The position numbers and the translations under genes are program-made. Below, piece by piece: positions 39,985-51,309 of a DNA stretch of 64,000 bases. The DNA is from Octopus sinensis (taxonomy: Eukaryota), in the NCBI RefSeq assembly GCF_006345805.1, contig NC_042998.1, positions 71,176,001 to 71,240,000 on the forward strand, in the 5' to 3' direction. The notes under the pieces were generated by a model. That model ran no database searches. It was not told where the DNA came from and worked only from the letters and a program-made list of their open reading frames with translations. The stretch's first letter is position 1, and each line of letters starts with the position of its first letter.

Positions 39985-40830
39985 ATGGCAAAGGAAAAAT
40001 GTTTTCACAATTGGCTGATAGATGGGAACAAAAGCCTCTGCATGGCAAGTATATCGCCTGTAGCAAACAAGCTGATGTAGACCGGAAGCACACTTATCAG
40101 TATCTATGGAGCTGGGGGATAAAGGGAGAGAGTGCAGTCTTTATATTAACTGCTGAAGATCAGAGCTTATTAACCCGAAACGATCAAGCCAATATGATAA
40201 AAAATGGACTAGACACAAAGTGTCGATACTACAACGATAAACTTGAAACAGTGATGTACCTAATCTCTGCTTTTCACCAATGGAGTATAAATCAAGGCAT
40301 GGTTTAGTTGGCCAACATCTACGCTTGTTAATATGTCGGCATTATAAAATTAAATCTGCTGAAAAATGTACCAGTATTTACATTAGAAAATATGTAAACA
40401 CTACAAAATTAGCACTCCTGTTTACCGGTATAAACATCAACCTGAGCCAATCGTTAAAGGTAAAAATCTCACTATCCTCTGGGATTTTCCAGTCAACACC
40501 GACAGAACAATCCAGACTAATCGACCAGACATTGCCACTAAAGACAGAACAAAATACTTGTACACTAATAGATGTAAGTGTTCCCATTGACAAAATATAT
40601 CTGTAAAGGAATTTGACAAATTAAATAAATATAAGGACCTGGAAATTGAAATACAAAAAATGTGGCATCTTAAAGCGAGAACTGTTCCCCTTATTGTGGT
40701 TGCCCCTGGTACGATAAGAAAGGTATGTCAGAAACATCTAGATAATATCGCAAGGAACCATAGCTCACAGAAATCCAACAAATTATGCTGACAAGTACTG
40801 ACCACATCCTTAGAAAAACCCTATCTTCTT
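39985..40830 (+). mobile_element. R4/Dong-clade LINE 3' fragment (zinc knuckle + restriction-like endonuclease)
   Basis: WEQKPLHGKY...FILTAEDQSLLTRN...KCRYYNDKLETVMYLISA...YKSRH...CTLIDVSVPIDKNISVKEFDKLNKYKDLEIEIQKMWHLK...TDHILRK; begins directly after (AAT)n(AAC)n. Confidence 0.85.
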
Positions 40831-41137
40831 CAGCCATTTGTCGATACCTTTGCTTACTGTTTCCACCGCGCCAGTTATTATGGGCATGACCTGTATTGTT
40901 CTCATGCTCCAAATTATTCCTATTTCAAATTTTAAGGAATTACATTTTTGTTTTACTTTGCTTAGACTTTCTTTAGGATCCTAGAATTAGTAAGCAATTC
41001 TCTTGAATTAATCTATGCTATGCCCGATCTATTTTTTCTAACTTTCTCTCCGTTTGAATAGGCAAGTCCTAAATAACTTTACCTTTCTCCTATTCCAGTT
41101 TGTTTTGACTGGTGATTATAATATCATTATTATTGAG

Positions 41138-41470
41138 CGGGTGAGAAGTGCATGTCATCGAAGTGACACTGGGGTAAAATATACGAAGCATAGTATACTC
41201 GTCATGACTTCCCGTCTGTTAAGGGTACACTAGGCATATGTATCAACGATATGTGCGCCACATGGTGATATAATATCGAAATATACAGCTTATGACCCTG
41301 TAAGTGGGTCCAAGTTAGAATCTTATGCAGGTCGAGTAGCCGTTTCATACACAAAAGGTCCCTGAGTAAGGGTTGTTCAAGGGTGTTAAAATAAACACCC
41401 ATGTCTTCAGAGGTGAATTATTCAAATCCCAAAATTCCTCTCAACATATGGCTATGATGCATGCTCCCCA
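41138..41470 (+). mobile_element. Interspersed repeat (SINE/LINE-like 3' region), family unassigned
   Basis: Recognised from memory as a cephalopod interspersed repeat (GTGACACTGGGGTAAAATATACGAAG..AAAAGGTCCCTGA..AGAGGTGAATTATTCAAA..GGCTATGATGC); no second copy in the window. Confidence 0.4.
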
Positions 41471-42032
41471 AGGGGCATGTTTGAATTGTAAAAGTCAAAC
41501 AACTAACGAGTAGAATATTAGCTGTAGCCCAAACAAAAGTTCAGTAATTGGAATTTGGATAAAAACAACGATAATTTTAACTTATCGAACATCAGGAAAA
41601 TCACGAATGTTTTTACTGCTCCACTTACAGATTATTTCTTTGCTAGGATAACCTAGTTTTTCAAGATTGTAGCTTAGGCATTTACAAACGTAACCAATAT
41701 ATACAAATAATTATTGATATGAATGTAAATTTATAATTGGGGTAGAGGATTTGCAGATTTCGAAGCCCTTGTCCTCCTCGCTGATTTTGGAAGAGATGTT
41801 CAAGAAACATTATCTATATAAATGTATCTCTTATCTCTATAACTTTTCTATCTCGAATATGAATAGTAAGTCTGATATGTCTGCACTTGAAAGAAGCTTT
41901 CGTGGGAATGTTCCAGCAATATTCCTTGTACTGATATATTTGTATCTATTTATTTCATTCGGATTAAAGGCAGATTACAGAAACCTGGCAAGATTGTTTT
42001 GAACTTGTGACTATCAAATGTTTTTAGATGCG

Positions 42033-42243
42033 TACGAAGGAGTGCTGAAGAATTACTGGCTATAAGAGTATCAGGGAAGGCTTAGTTGGAGGCACAGCAT
42101 TCTGAGTTCTTTTACAGAGCTTAGAAAAACATGAAGAACTTCTGCAATAAGTGTGTGAATCTGAGAAGGAAATATTTTGAAAAACATCACAATTAATCGA
42201 TCCTCCTCTACTTTCCTTTATTCAAAGCCAGTACTCCCTCTCG
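42033..42243 (+). mobile_element. Mariner-derived MITE, degenerate
   Basis: Starts TACGAAGGAGTGCTGAAG (mariner-type TIR start); contains a transposase C-terminal remnant (CNKCVNLRREYFEK); right end AAAGCCAGTAC..CCCTCTCG. Confidence 0.6.
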
Positions 42244-42304
42244 CGTGTGTTTGTGTGTGTGTGAGTGTGTGTGTGTGTGTGTGAGTGTGAGTGTGTGTGA
42301 GTGT

Positions 42305-42635
42305 GAAGGCGCATAGCTCAGTGGTTAGAGTGTCGAGCTTACGATCGTGAGGTTGTGAGTTCGAAATCCGGACCGGGTTGTGTGTTGTCTTCTCGAGCAA
42401 GACACCTTATTTCACGTTTCTGCAGTTCACTCAGCTGTAGAAATAAGATGAGAGTCAAAGGTGCCAAGCTGTATCGGCCTTTGCCTTTCCCTTGGATAAC
42501 ACTGGTGGTGCGGAGAAGGGAGGCCGGTATGCATGGGCGACTGTTGGTCTTCCATAAACAACTTTGCCCGAACTTGTGCCTGGGAGGGTAAATTTCTAGG
42601 TGCAGTCCCACGGTTAGTCATGACCGAAGGGGGTC

Positions 42636-42637
<2 letters not shown>
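42305..42637 (+). mobile_element. tRNA-derived SINE, near full length
   Basis: GGCGCATAGCTCAGTGGTTAGAG (A box), GTGAGTTCGAAATCC (B box), central CTCGAGCAAGACACCTTATTTCACG..TCACTCAGCTGTAG domain; ends before (TA)n. Confidence 0.8.
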
Positions 42638-42692
<55 letters not shown>

Positions 42693-42702
42693 ATGTGTGT
42701 AA

Positions 42703-42758
<56 letters not shown>

Positions 42759-42860
42759 CATAGTGAGTATCTCCCCCACAAAATAAACAAAAGACGAAGA
42801 CGGGTATGTAAACAACAAACAGATGTATTAGTTTAACGCTCGGGAAGTGAGGAACTCTTT

Positions 42861-42892
42861 TAAGTTTCGAGCCTACGCTATTCGGCAGAAAG
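42861..42892 (-). ncRNA. Degenerate hammerhead-like motif in a Penelope-type terminal-repeat fragment (~42780-42900)
   Basis: Reverse complement CTTT CTGCCGA A TAGC GTAG GCTC GAAAC TTA AAAG; same layout as 15895 with core substitutions. Confidence 0.4.
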
Positions 42893-45800
42893 GAACACAG
42901 AAATTCACAGGAAGTGAAAATAGAAAAGGTGTGTTTTTAACCACTTTTTGTAGGCGATAGTGGGATCTTCTTATTTTTGGGCTTATTTTTCACGGTATCG
43001 AAGAACATCCTTACTTAACTAGAAAGACAATATGAAATGAAAAGGATACACAAGTTTCCAAGATATCTTACACGGATAGTAGTGGTGTTGATGACAATAT
43101 TAGTCGTATTGTTTTTACAATGTTGACCTTTTTTACAATGTTGACCAAATTCCATGTGTGTGAAAATAAGTATTATATATTTGGCATGGATAACGCTTCG
43201 CTGATGTGTATAAAATTGCTCCTCTTACTCGTAAAAGAAGAAACAAATAAACCATTTACTGTTCTAATACTTCTTCAGGTCGCTATAGTTGCAAGGAAGA
43301 ATGTTCAAAAACACTTTTTAAACGATACTCTGCACATGTACATTGCGCTGTCCGCCATGTTTGTTTATTTTCATGCATGTATATAGACACATGAGCTTAT
43401 ATATTTATACATGCATACATGAATATATTCATTTACCTATATTTTCATATATGCTTGTATCTCTATATAACTCTACATCTCTACATTTAATAATCATCAT
43501 TTCGATTCTACTCTGTAAATAGACATGCAGTTGAACAGCAGTCTTTCTACTCAGAACGGATTTGTGAACAGTTCTTTTCATATCGCTTGGTCTTCCATTC
43601 AATTCTACAAAGGGAGTAAGTAGGTTAACGTTATTTTGTGGAAACTGATATGAGAAAGATGTGAAGCGTTTCTTTTGTTTTTTTCCTGCGAGCTCATGCA
43701 TTTTTTAGGTATGTAAATTTATTCATAATTTATCCCTACACATATGCACATACGCGCATATGCACACACGCGCGCGCACGCGCACACGCACACACACAAC
43801 CGCATGCACCATGCCACATTTTGTGAATTTAGTTAACACGCTACTAATACGGGTGCACTGATGCAGGTGATACAAATCACAGTGTGGTGTGTGCATGCTA
43901 GCAGTTAGCTAGAGAAATCTATTGGTTGATACATCGCATAATTTGTATAATATATGAGATTGTTTCATTTGACATTTTTCGGCAGAGGTGATATGAGGTA
44001 TACTTTAACCATTCTTTAACGTGTTTATAATAAAGGATTTCATTAACCTAAATGTTGTTTACTTGCAATCATTGCAGATTACAGTAACTTATGTAATTTT
44101 CGAGACAACAATAGTAGTGGCAACAACAGTTCAATCAATACTTGGCGGTAAATACATACAATAAATTAACTATACCGTAGTTATATTATGGTAGAAGTGA
44201 AATTCTGGTAACATTCGAATATTCAACAGTCACTTGAATATTTAAACTCTGAACCACCATGTGTGAAACTTGAAAAATTATAATCCGATTCATTTACTCG
44301 GTGCCATACTTCCCGAATACCTTCACCATACAGACTTTATTATTTGAATTATTATCAACATTATGTTAATAAAAACGTGCGATCACCCTTCATATTTCGT
44401 ATATAAATTCTCTTTCATTGCAGTGATATGGTCTACTTTTTCTTCTTAATTTGGATTGCATCAACATGACTATGTGATAATTTGTCAATAGGTCACGAAC
44501 CGGTCGGTTAGAGACAATGACTTTTAAACTTGTGTAATTAGTCTACAATGTACAAATAACTGATCTGGTCACGTTCAGCTATTGACCTATCATCGATTAT
44601 AGAAATACGGTTGGCAGACGAAATCTAATATTCATAGAAGAAAGAAGAAGTAGAGGAAATATGAACTTTCCTTAGATATCACGTCGCTTGACCGGGAGGT
44701 TACACTAATGTAGCTTATATAATGTATCACTGTTTAGCTAAATGCAATATCTGGAACTATTTATCAAAGCAATTTCCCTAAATTATAAATCTCCGTTTCA
44801 GTGAGCATAGTAACTTTTGATATAAACTAATGAAAGTAACCCTTTTAGTTCACTAGTATATCAAATATAGAATGAAAATCCCTGTTATTATGAATTTTAT
44901 GTATTTCTACTAAATGTAAAGAAAGGAATAGGTTTATCTTTTGGCTAAGCAGATATACGTCCCGCGTAAATGAACGCAGATAAAACAAAATTCCCAGCAG
45001 GAATTTACTTAAAGAATCCCAATATATACATAAATTTGTAACTAAACTCTGAATTATATATTATATTTTGTCGAAATTGACTATTACTAGAGTTAGTTGT
45101 CGGAAACCTATGAATAGCTTGACGAACATGAAGCTCACTGATCCTGAACGCACGACGAAGACTGAATGAGAAAATTTGCCTTTCCCTCTCTGGGCCAGAA
45201 AATACATCAGTCTTTGTACAATAGCATATTGCCATTGTATCAAGGACGGGATGGCACTGCACACAGAGGCATCTTAGATTGTATCCAAAGAATGGTTAAT
45301 CAACTTATCATTGTAGTGTCGCTTATGAACATATTCCATTTACTTGTCTATGAATGTACACTTTATTTTCTTTATTTTATACTGCTGACACCATAGCCTC
45401 TGTTCCTTGTCTTGAACTGTCACCAGTCAGACATCTTCGACTCGCTCGTCTATTGTTCGCACATCAGGCAATATAGTGCCTTTTGCCCTAGATCACACTA
45501 GCTGCTTAATCAGCTCTACGTCATGCAGTTCTTCGATTTTTATGTTATTTCTTTTGCAGTTAGGAAGTAGGTTTAGCCATCTCGATTGAGCTTTTAACCG
45601 CGTTACTAACCATATGCGTATGTATATGTAGAGGCATAATTCCCCTCTACATAATATGGTTTAAAAAACAAAACGACAAAAATTCTACGTGCGGGTACAT
45701 AACATTTAGCTTTACACTGTTGAGATATTTACACATTGAGAGGTTCGTGCTTTAGGCAGGTCTCTTTCAATACCTCAAAAATATGAGATCAAAAAGAGAT

Positions 45801-48079
45801 CCAGTGGAGAATTTTCCAGAAATTCCAGAAACAGAAGATTAGAAACCAAAAATTTTTATTCAAAGAAACCGATGTTCTTAGAAAAATTGATGAAGTTGAG
45901 TTAAAGTAAAATGAATGAATATCTCAAGATTCCTGATAAACATAATACATACAATACTGACAGTGTCCATATTATTTACATTATTTGCACGGTAGTCTTT
46001 CCTTATATTGTTTAGTTGGATGAATATGTGTTTGTTGTCTGCGTCTTATAGGTAATTGTTAGTTGAATAATTTGCAACAAGCTTCCTTTCCTTGCTGATT
46101 GTGTAATATTTTCTGTTCTACATTATGCATTTTGTTAGCAAAATAAACAATGAAAAGCTATATATTACAAATCTATCAAAAATACAATATCGAAATACAC
46201 AAATATGTACATGGAGATTAAACAGAGAAAATATTCCAAAGCCCCGCCAAATCATTGGAGTAATGTAAGAAAGTATTATTGATCTTAATGAAGGAATATT
46301 GCAATAATCTGACAGAACTTTCCTCTAGACGAAACAAATCTATTCCAGAGGATTCATACAAAACTGTAATGGCAAAACTATCTTAGTATAATATTGACGA
46401 AGAAAGAACTAATTGATGCTGTGAGAGAAAGAAATAATCGATTGATACATAATAAATGAAACATGTTCTCTTTAGAACAGTCACAATTATTCGGTGATAT
46501 ATATTAGTGAGAAAAATATACTGAATACAAGACTATAAATGTTTCAAATAACAGGATATGATACATGAATAAGTAACAAAGAAATTAGACATAGAGAATC
46601 GGATTCTACAAAATGTATAACATTGCAAACATTTTACAGAGGTAATAAAAGATAAAACAAGAAAATGTAGCAATTATATATGTGATCAAAATTGGTAAAT
46701 GCTTACGATCAAAGTGAAGAAAATACGTAGTGCATTAAACAATGTAGCAAAAGCTTACACAAAATACTTCATCCTTTCAATAACTAATTTTCTACGAATC
46801 TAAATCACAACCACAATGATATATTGCTTCTGTAATGGAGACACGGATGAATGCTGACCGTCACTTACTGCCCTAAAGTCGTCTATATTCATTCACCTGA
46901 GTGTGGACCAGAGGCGTACTGTATTCACCCTTTGTCTTTTCCATGGCTACTACATTAGACTTTGTTTCTTGGGGGTGGATTCTTTCAGATCATCCCCCAC
47001 TCAATCACTAGCAGCCCACTCTTCTCACATAGTTACGTCACTTATAAAATGCAACCCCTCCCAGACAGTTCTCTAACCACTCTGTTCAGTCATTCTTATG
47101 ATGCTTGCTAGTCGTGTATGTTTTTTCTGCATATGTCTATTTGCATTTTTTGCAGATATCATTAACTGTATTGATTTAAGGGCATCGTATTATGATCTGC
47201 GAAGGACATGTATAGTGCATCTTCCTACACACCAAACCAGTGAAAATAATCCAATGAAACAAAACCACAGGTAGATACAGATATATGTTTACAATATAAA
47301 TCGGCTTATTGAAATCGAAAAACGAAACACTCTAGAATCACGCAGTGATGATTTTGAGAACACCGCCATAAAATCAAAGCCAAACTCATAAAAACAAGCA
47401 GACAAACAAACGTTAAAAACAAGCAAAAAGCAACAAAATAGAAGAATCCATTGAATAGTGAAGTCGGAACTAAACTGTCTCTCAAAACGCGATAGAATCA
47501 TAGGTGGAATGCCTATGATCCACAGTCTCTACAACTAGGTTTGACAATAACAGCAAAAAAAAAAAACAACAAAAAACCCAGCTACGATAATAATAACAGC
47601 AGAAGTATTTTATATTACTAACTAACACCTTGGCCTCAACAACCCACTAGCCTCTCGCGAAAATATTCGAAACTGCATATTATGTATTTACAAGTATTTT
47701 CGACAGTTGGCAGTAAATAATTGATTTGTCGAAAGAGAGAAGAGCTTTAACAAAATTAAAAAGTACCACAGATCCTCAGATCTATCACCTGTCTTTTAAC
47801 AACATAGAAATTCATAAGATCAATTAGCTTTTGTAGACAAGAAGAGAAATATATCTTAAAGATGTGGTATTTCATTACTCTTGTAGTGTATGGCTGTTGT
47901 ATGAAGAAAGTAGAAGAGGAAAGAACATTCTAAGAATGCTGTTCTTGTTTTTTGTTTTTAAATCTTATTCACCCTTATTTGAGCAGACCTAAATCCAGAA
48001 GTATACTAATCGGAACTATCCTACCCTTTTTACGATATGTAAGGTTAATATATTTATTATATCTTCCCTACTGAAGAAA

Positions 48080-48720
48080 GCATGAGATTTAAAGAGATTT
48101 TGATTGCGAATTCTGGTAAGTAAAACAACTTCAAAGAATCCATTGCTGTCCTCTAAATAGACCATCAAATTTCATATAGAGAATCTGGTCGAAAAGTGTA
48201 TGCAAAAGAACGTAGCACCATACTTTATTAAGTACGTTTACTAACAGAAGACTGTTAGTAAAATACAAAAATATGATTTTTTTTGCCTTATTAGAGGCAT
48301 ATATCAAGGTAATACACTGTTACTGCTACTTTTCTACTAGGCCTAAGCAGCTCTGATTACTATATTAAACTGGTTGGATGAACATACAAATATTCTGGCA
48401 TAGTAATAAATCATCTTTTGTATGTAATTAACTTGAAACATTCAAGGAAAGATTATAAGCAGCTGGAAACCTTATTGAAAATTTCAGATGCGATGCTTGC
48501 TTGAAAGAGATGGATTATAATATATTCGGTAATATATTGAAACTAAAGAACTACAACTAAAAAGAAAGAGTTAAATGCAATATCGAAGAATGAATTACCA
48601 ATTAGGATACGAGTTTGAGAAAAAAGTGTGAAAATCTGACAGTAATATTATTAATGCATTTGAATGGTACCGAGAATACGAATAAATATCAAATATAGCA
48701 TAAATCGCATTAATATATTA
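48080..48720 (+). mobile_element. Highly decayed R4/Dong-like RT fragment
   Basis: IRGIYQGNTLLLLLF and INHLLYVINLK resemble RGIFQGDSLSPLLF and INHLLYMDDLK. Confidence 0.4.
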
Positions 48721-48847
48721 GTCGAAAGAATGATATGCTGTTTTAAGGTAAGGATTAGTAACTGAACAAAATAATTATATTAGAGAGAACCACAATAATT
48801 TTAGTTACACAACTTCACAAAAATATCTCCTTAACGTAAACTGCTTC

Positions 48848-49032
48848 CTCTTCTTTCTCTTCTTCTTTCTCTTCTTCTTCTTCTTTCTCTTCTTCTTTCT
48901 CTTCTTCTCCTTCTTCTTCTTCTTCTCCTTCTTCTTCTTCTTCTTCTTCTTCTTCTTCTTCTCCTTCTCCTTCTTCTTCTTCTTCTTCTTCTTCTTCTTC
49001 TTCTTCTTCTTCTTCTCTTCCTCTTCTTCTTC
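48848..49032. repeat. (CTT)n / (GAA)n array
   Basis: Directly visible; gives the poly-K/R/E ORFs. Confidence 0.95.
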
Positions 49033-49334
49033 CAATCCGGACTCACGCCATTAGCCACAAACAATAATCTCTAATTCGAGCCTAATCTACTAAGCTACTA
49101 AGGACGCGTGTTGCAACTTGAAGATCCACCCACCACACGCGATAGACTGGCGGTTGTACGGGCGCGAAAGCTACGTTGTTATCCTCATTTCGTAAACGGT
49201 GGCTTTCAAGAGGCGGAAAGCTGAAACATCCTGGGGTACAGAGGATTCGCAATCTAGACTAGGGTCTGAAAGTTTATCACACCATAGTGGGTTACACCAT
49301 GGTTTCTCTGCTTTGTGGCAGAAGTAGGAAAAAA

Positions 49335-49511
49335 GTGTGAAATAAAATTGTGGCGAAAGAGTACAGCGGGGTTCACCCCACTCCGCCGGAGCCTCGTGGA
49401 GCTTAGGTGCTTTTGCCCAATAAACACTCACAATGCCCGGTCTGGGAGTCGGAACCGCGTTCTTATGACCGCAAGTCCGCTGCCCCAACCACTGGGCCAT
49501 TGCGCCTCCAC
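49335..49511 (-). mobile_element. tRNA-derived SINE, 5' part
   Basis: Reverse complement GTGGAGGCGCAATGGCCCAGTGGTT (A box)..GGTTCCGACTCCCAGACCGGG (B box)..GCTCCACGAGGCTCCGGC. Confidence 0.7.
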
Positions 49512-49793
49512 GCTTGTTGTTGTTGCTTGTGTTGGTGCGCATCAGCTTCGCGACTCACGCTGCTTCGGCAGAACTCTAATCAAAATTCTGTCAGTCGTCA
49601 ATGTGTATTTTGCTTTTGAATAGTAAATTTTCGGTTAGGGGAAATGTTGTGGGCTATGTGTGAATAAAAACAAACGTTCACCTTGCAGTGACCTCAATGG
49701 AGCAAACACACACAACACACGCATACACACACACACACACACACAACACACACACACACACCATACATACTTACATACATACATACGTACATT

Positions 49794-49824
<31 letters not shown>

Positions 49825-51309
49825 GCAAATATATATAACTCTTGTATTTAATTGAGCAATATGGCAATGAACATTAAAAGAAGTCTCGTTCACTAAATTG
49901 GTGCTGTCATGAAGTGGCAGTAGATTAATAGAAAATACAACTGATTTTATTGGGCATAACTGGAAAATATGTGGAGAAACAAGTGTTTCTGGAAAATATG
50001 GAGCATATAACGAAGCAGAGTGTTTTTTGAAAATCTGAAGGATTTTCAGAGTTTTTCAGGAAAAGCTAGAAAATGACTAGGAACATTGGGATATGTCTGG
50101 AAAGACTGGAGCGTTTGAGCAAATGGAGGAGGAGCACTGACTTTTATCGGGTGGTAGTTAATCGTCACCCAGTTTAAAAATTCCACCTAAACTGTAAAGT
50201 TTCTATCCGGTATGCAAGTATGAGAACAAGGTCTCCGGCGTCTCGAGAACTTAGAAATTAGATCCCAAAAAGGTGGTAGGAGACACTGATCTTCGCCCCA
50301 AGTAAGGAGAAAGGGATAACGTAACCTTGCAAACAATGTAGCTAACAACACAGCTGGAACAATATTGATCATAAGTTTATTCAATCAGTGTTTGGGTTTA
50401 ACCTACCACTGACAATAACAGAAGCAAAAACCACATCAAGATGAGCATAACTAGACGTAATTCTGATAAACGACCACAATGCCATTTTTATCCTCACACT
50501 GAGATGATTCTGGCTGAGACTAAACAAACACAACTGACACTTGATATAACCAGACAAGGATAGGCCTACGTCACTGATAAATGCATTGACATGAATATCT
50601 ATAATTCTTATAATATAGACGGTGGTACAATGAAATATTAATCTATATTGCATCACGATATACAGCATACGCTCCGACAAGATAGATTAAGACAAACCTG
50701 CTTTAATACAATTAGAATAATGTATGTAGCCATTATCTAAAGATGCAGGGAAATTTCGTATATCTAATCAAATAAATATTGCCTCACTGATAACATAATT
50801 TTCTAAACTTTTCTTTCAGAAGTGTGTGTGTGTGCGTGCGAGTATGAGTGCATGTGTATATGTATGTCGTGTGTGGTGCGTTGTTACCTATCAAAATCTA
50901 TCGATGAAATTCAGTGCATATCAGTGTACTTTGAAACACCGAACGAGTATTGATTTTAATGAAGATTTGTAGAAATAAGATTGATAGTTAAGAATACATG
51001 GTAATGCTTGGGCAATTCGAAGGAAAATGTGTTATTAATAGTTCTTTTTTACTCAAGATTTTTAATAAAACAAGCTAAACATTAATTTTGAATATATTTG
51101 CAGTAGGCTTAACGTTATATAAGCATTTACAGAAAAAATTCTTAATCAATGTTTACTAAAGGGCCAAGAATTGATGAAATCCTTTCTTCCATGCAGTCCA
51201 CATATCATACTATAAGTACGTACGTACGTACCTACCTACCTACATATATACATACATCTTCTTCTTCCCGTCTGTCTTGATAGACAATGGGTCGCGCCAA
51301 GGGTGGGGC

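Noticed and set aside
42305-42380. tRNA-like sequences (also at 3670-3745, 31130-31205, 49440-49511) as functional tRNA genes
   Set aside because: They have A/B boxes but broken acceptor or anticodon stems and continue into SINE bodies.
43802-43898. Weak inverted repeat GCATGCAC..CCACA / TGTGG..GTGCATGC
   Set aside because: Too short and degenerate in a CA/TG-rich context to separate from chance.
50187-50680. Two consecutive minus-strand ORFs (99 and 65 aa)
   Set aside because: No recognisable domain or TE motif; lengths are compatible with chance.
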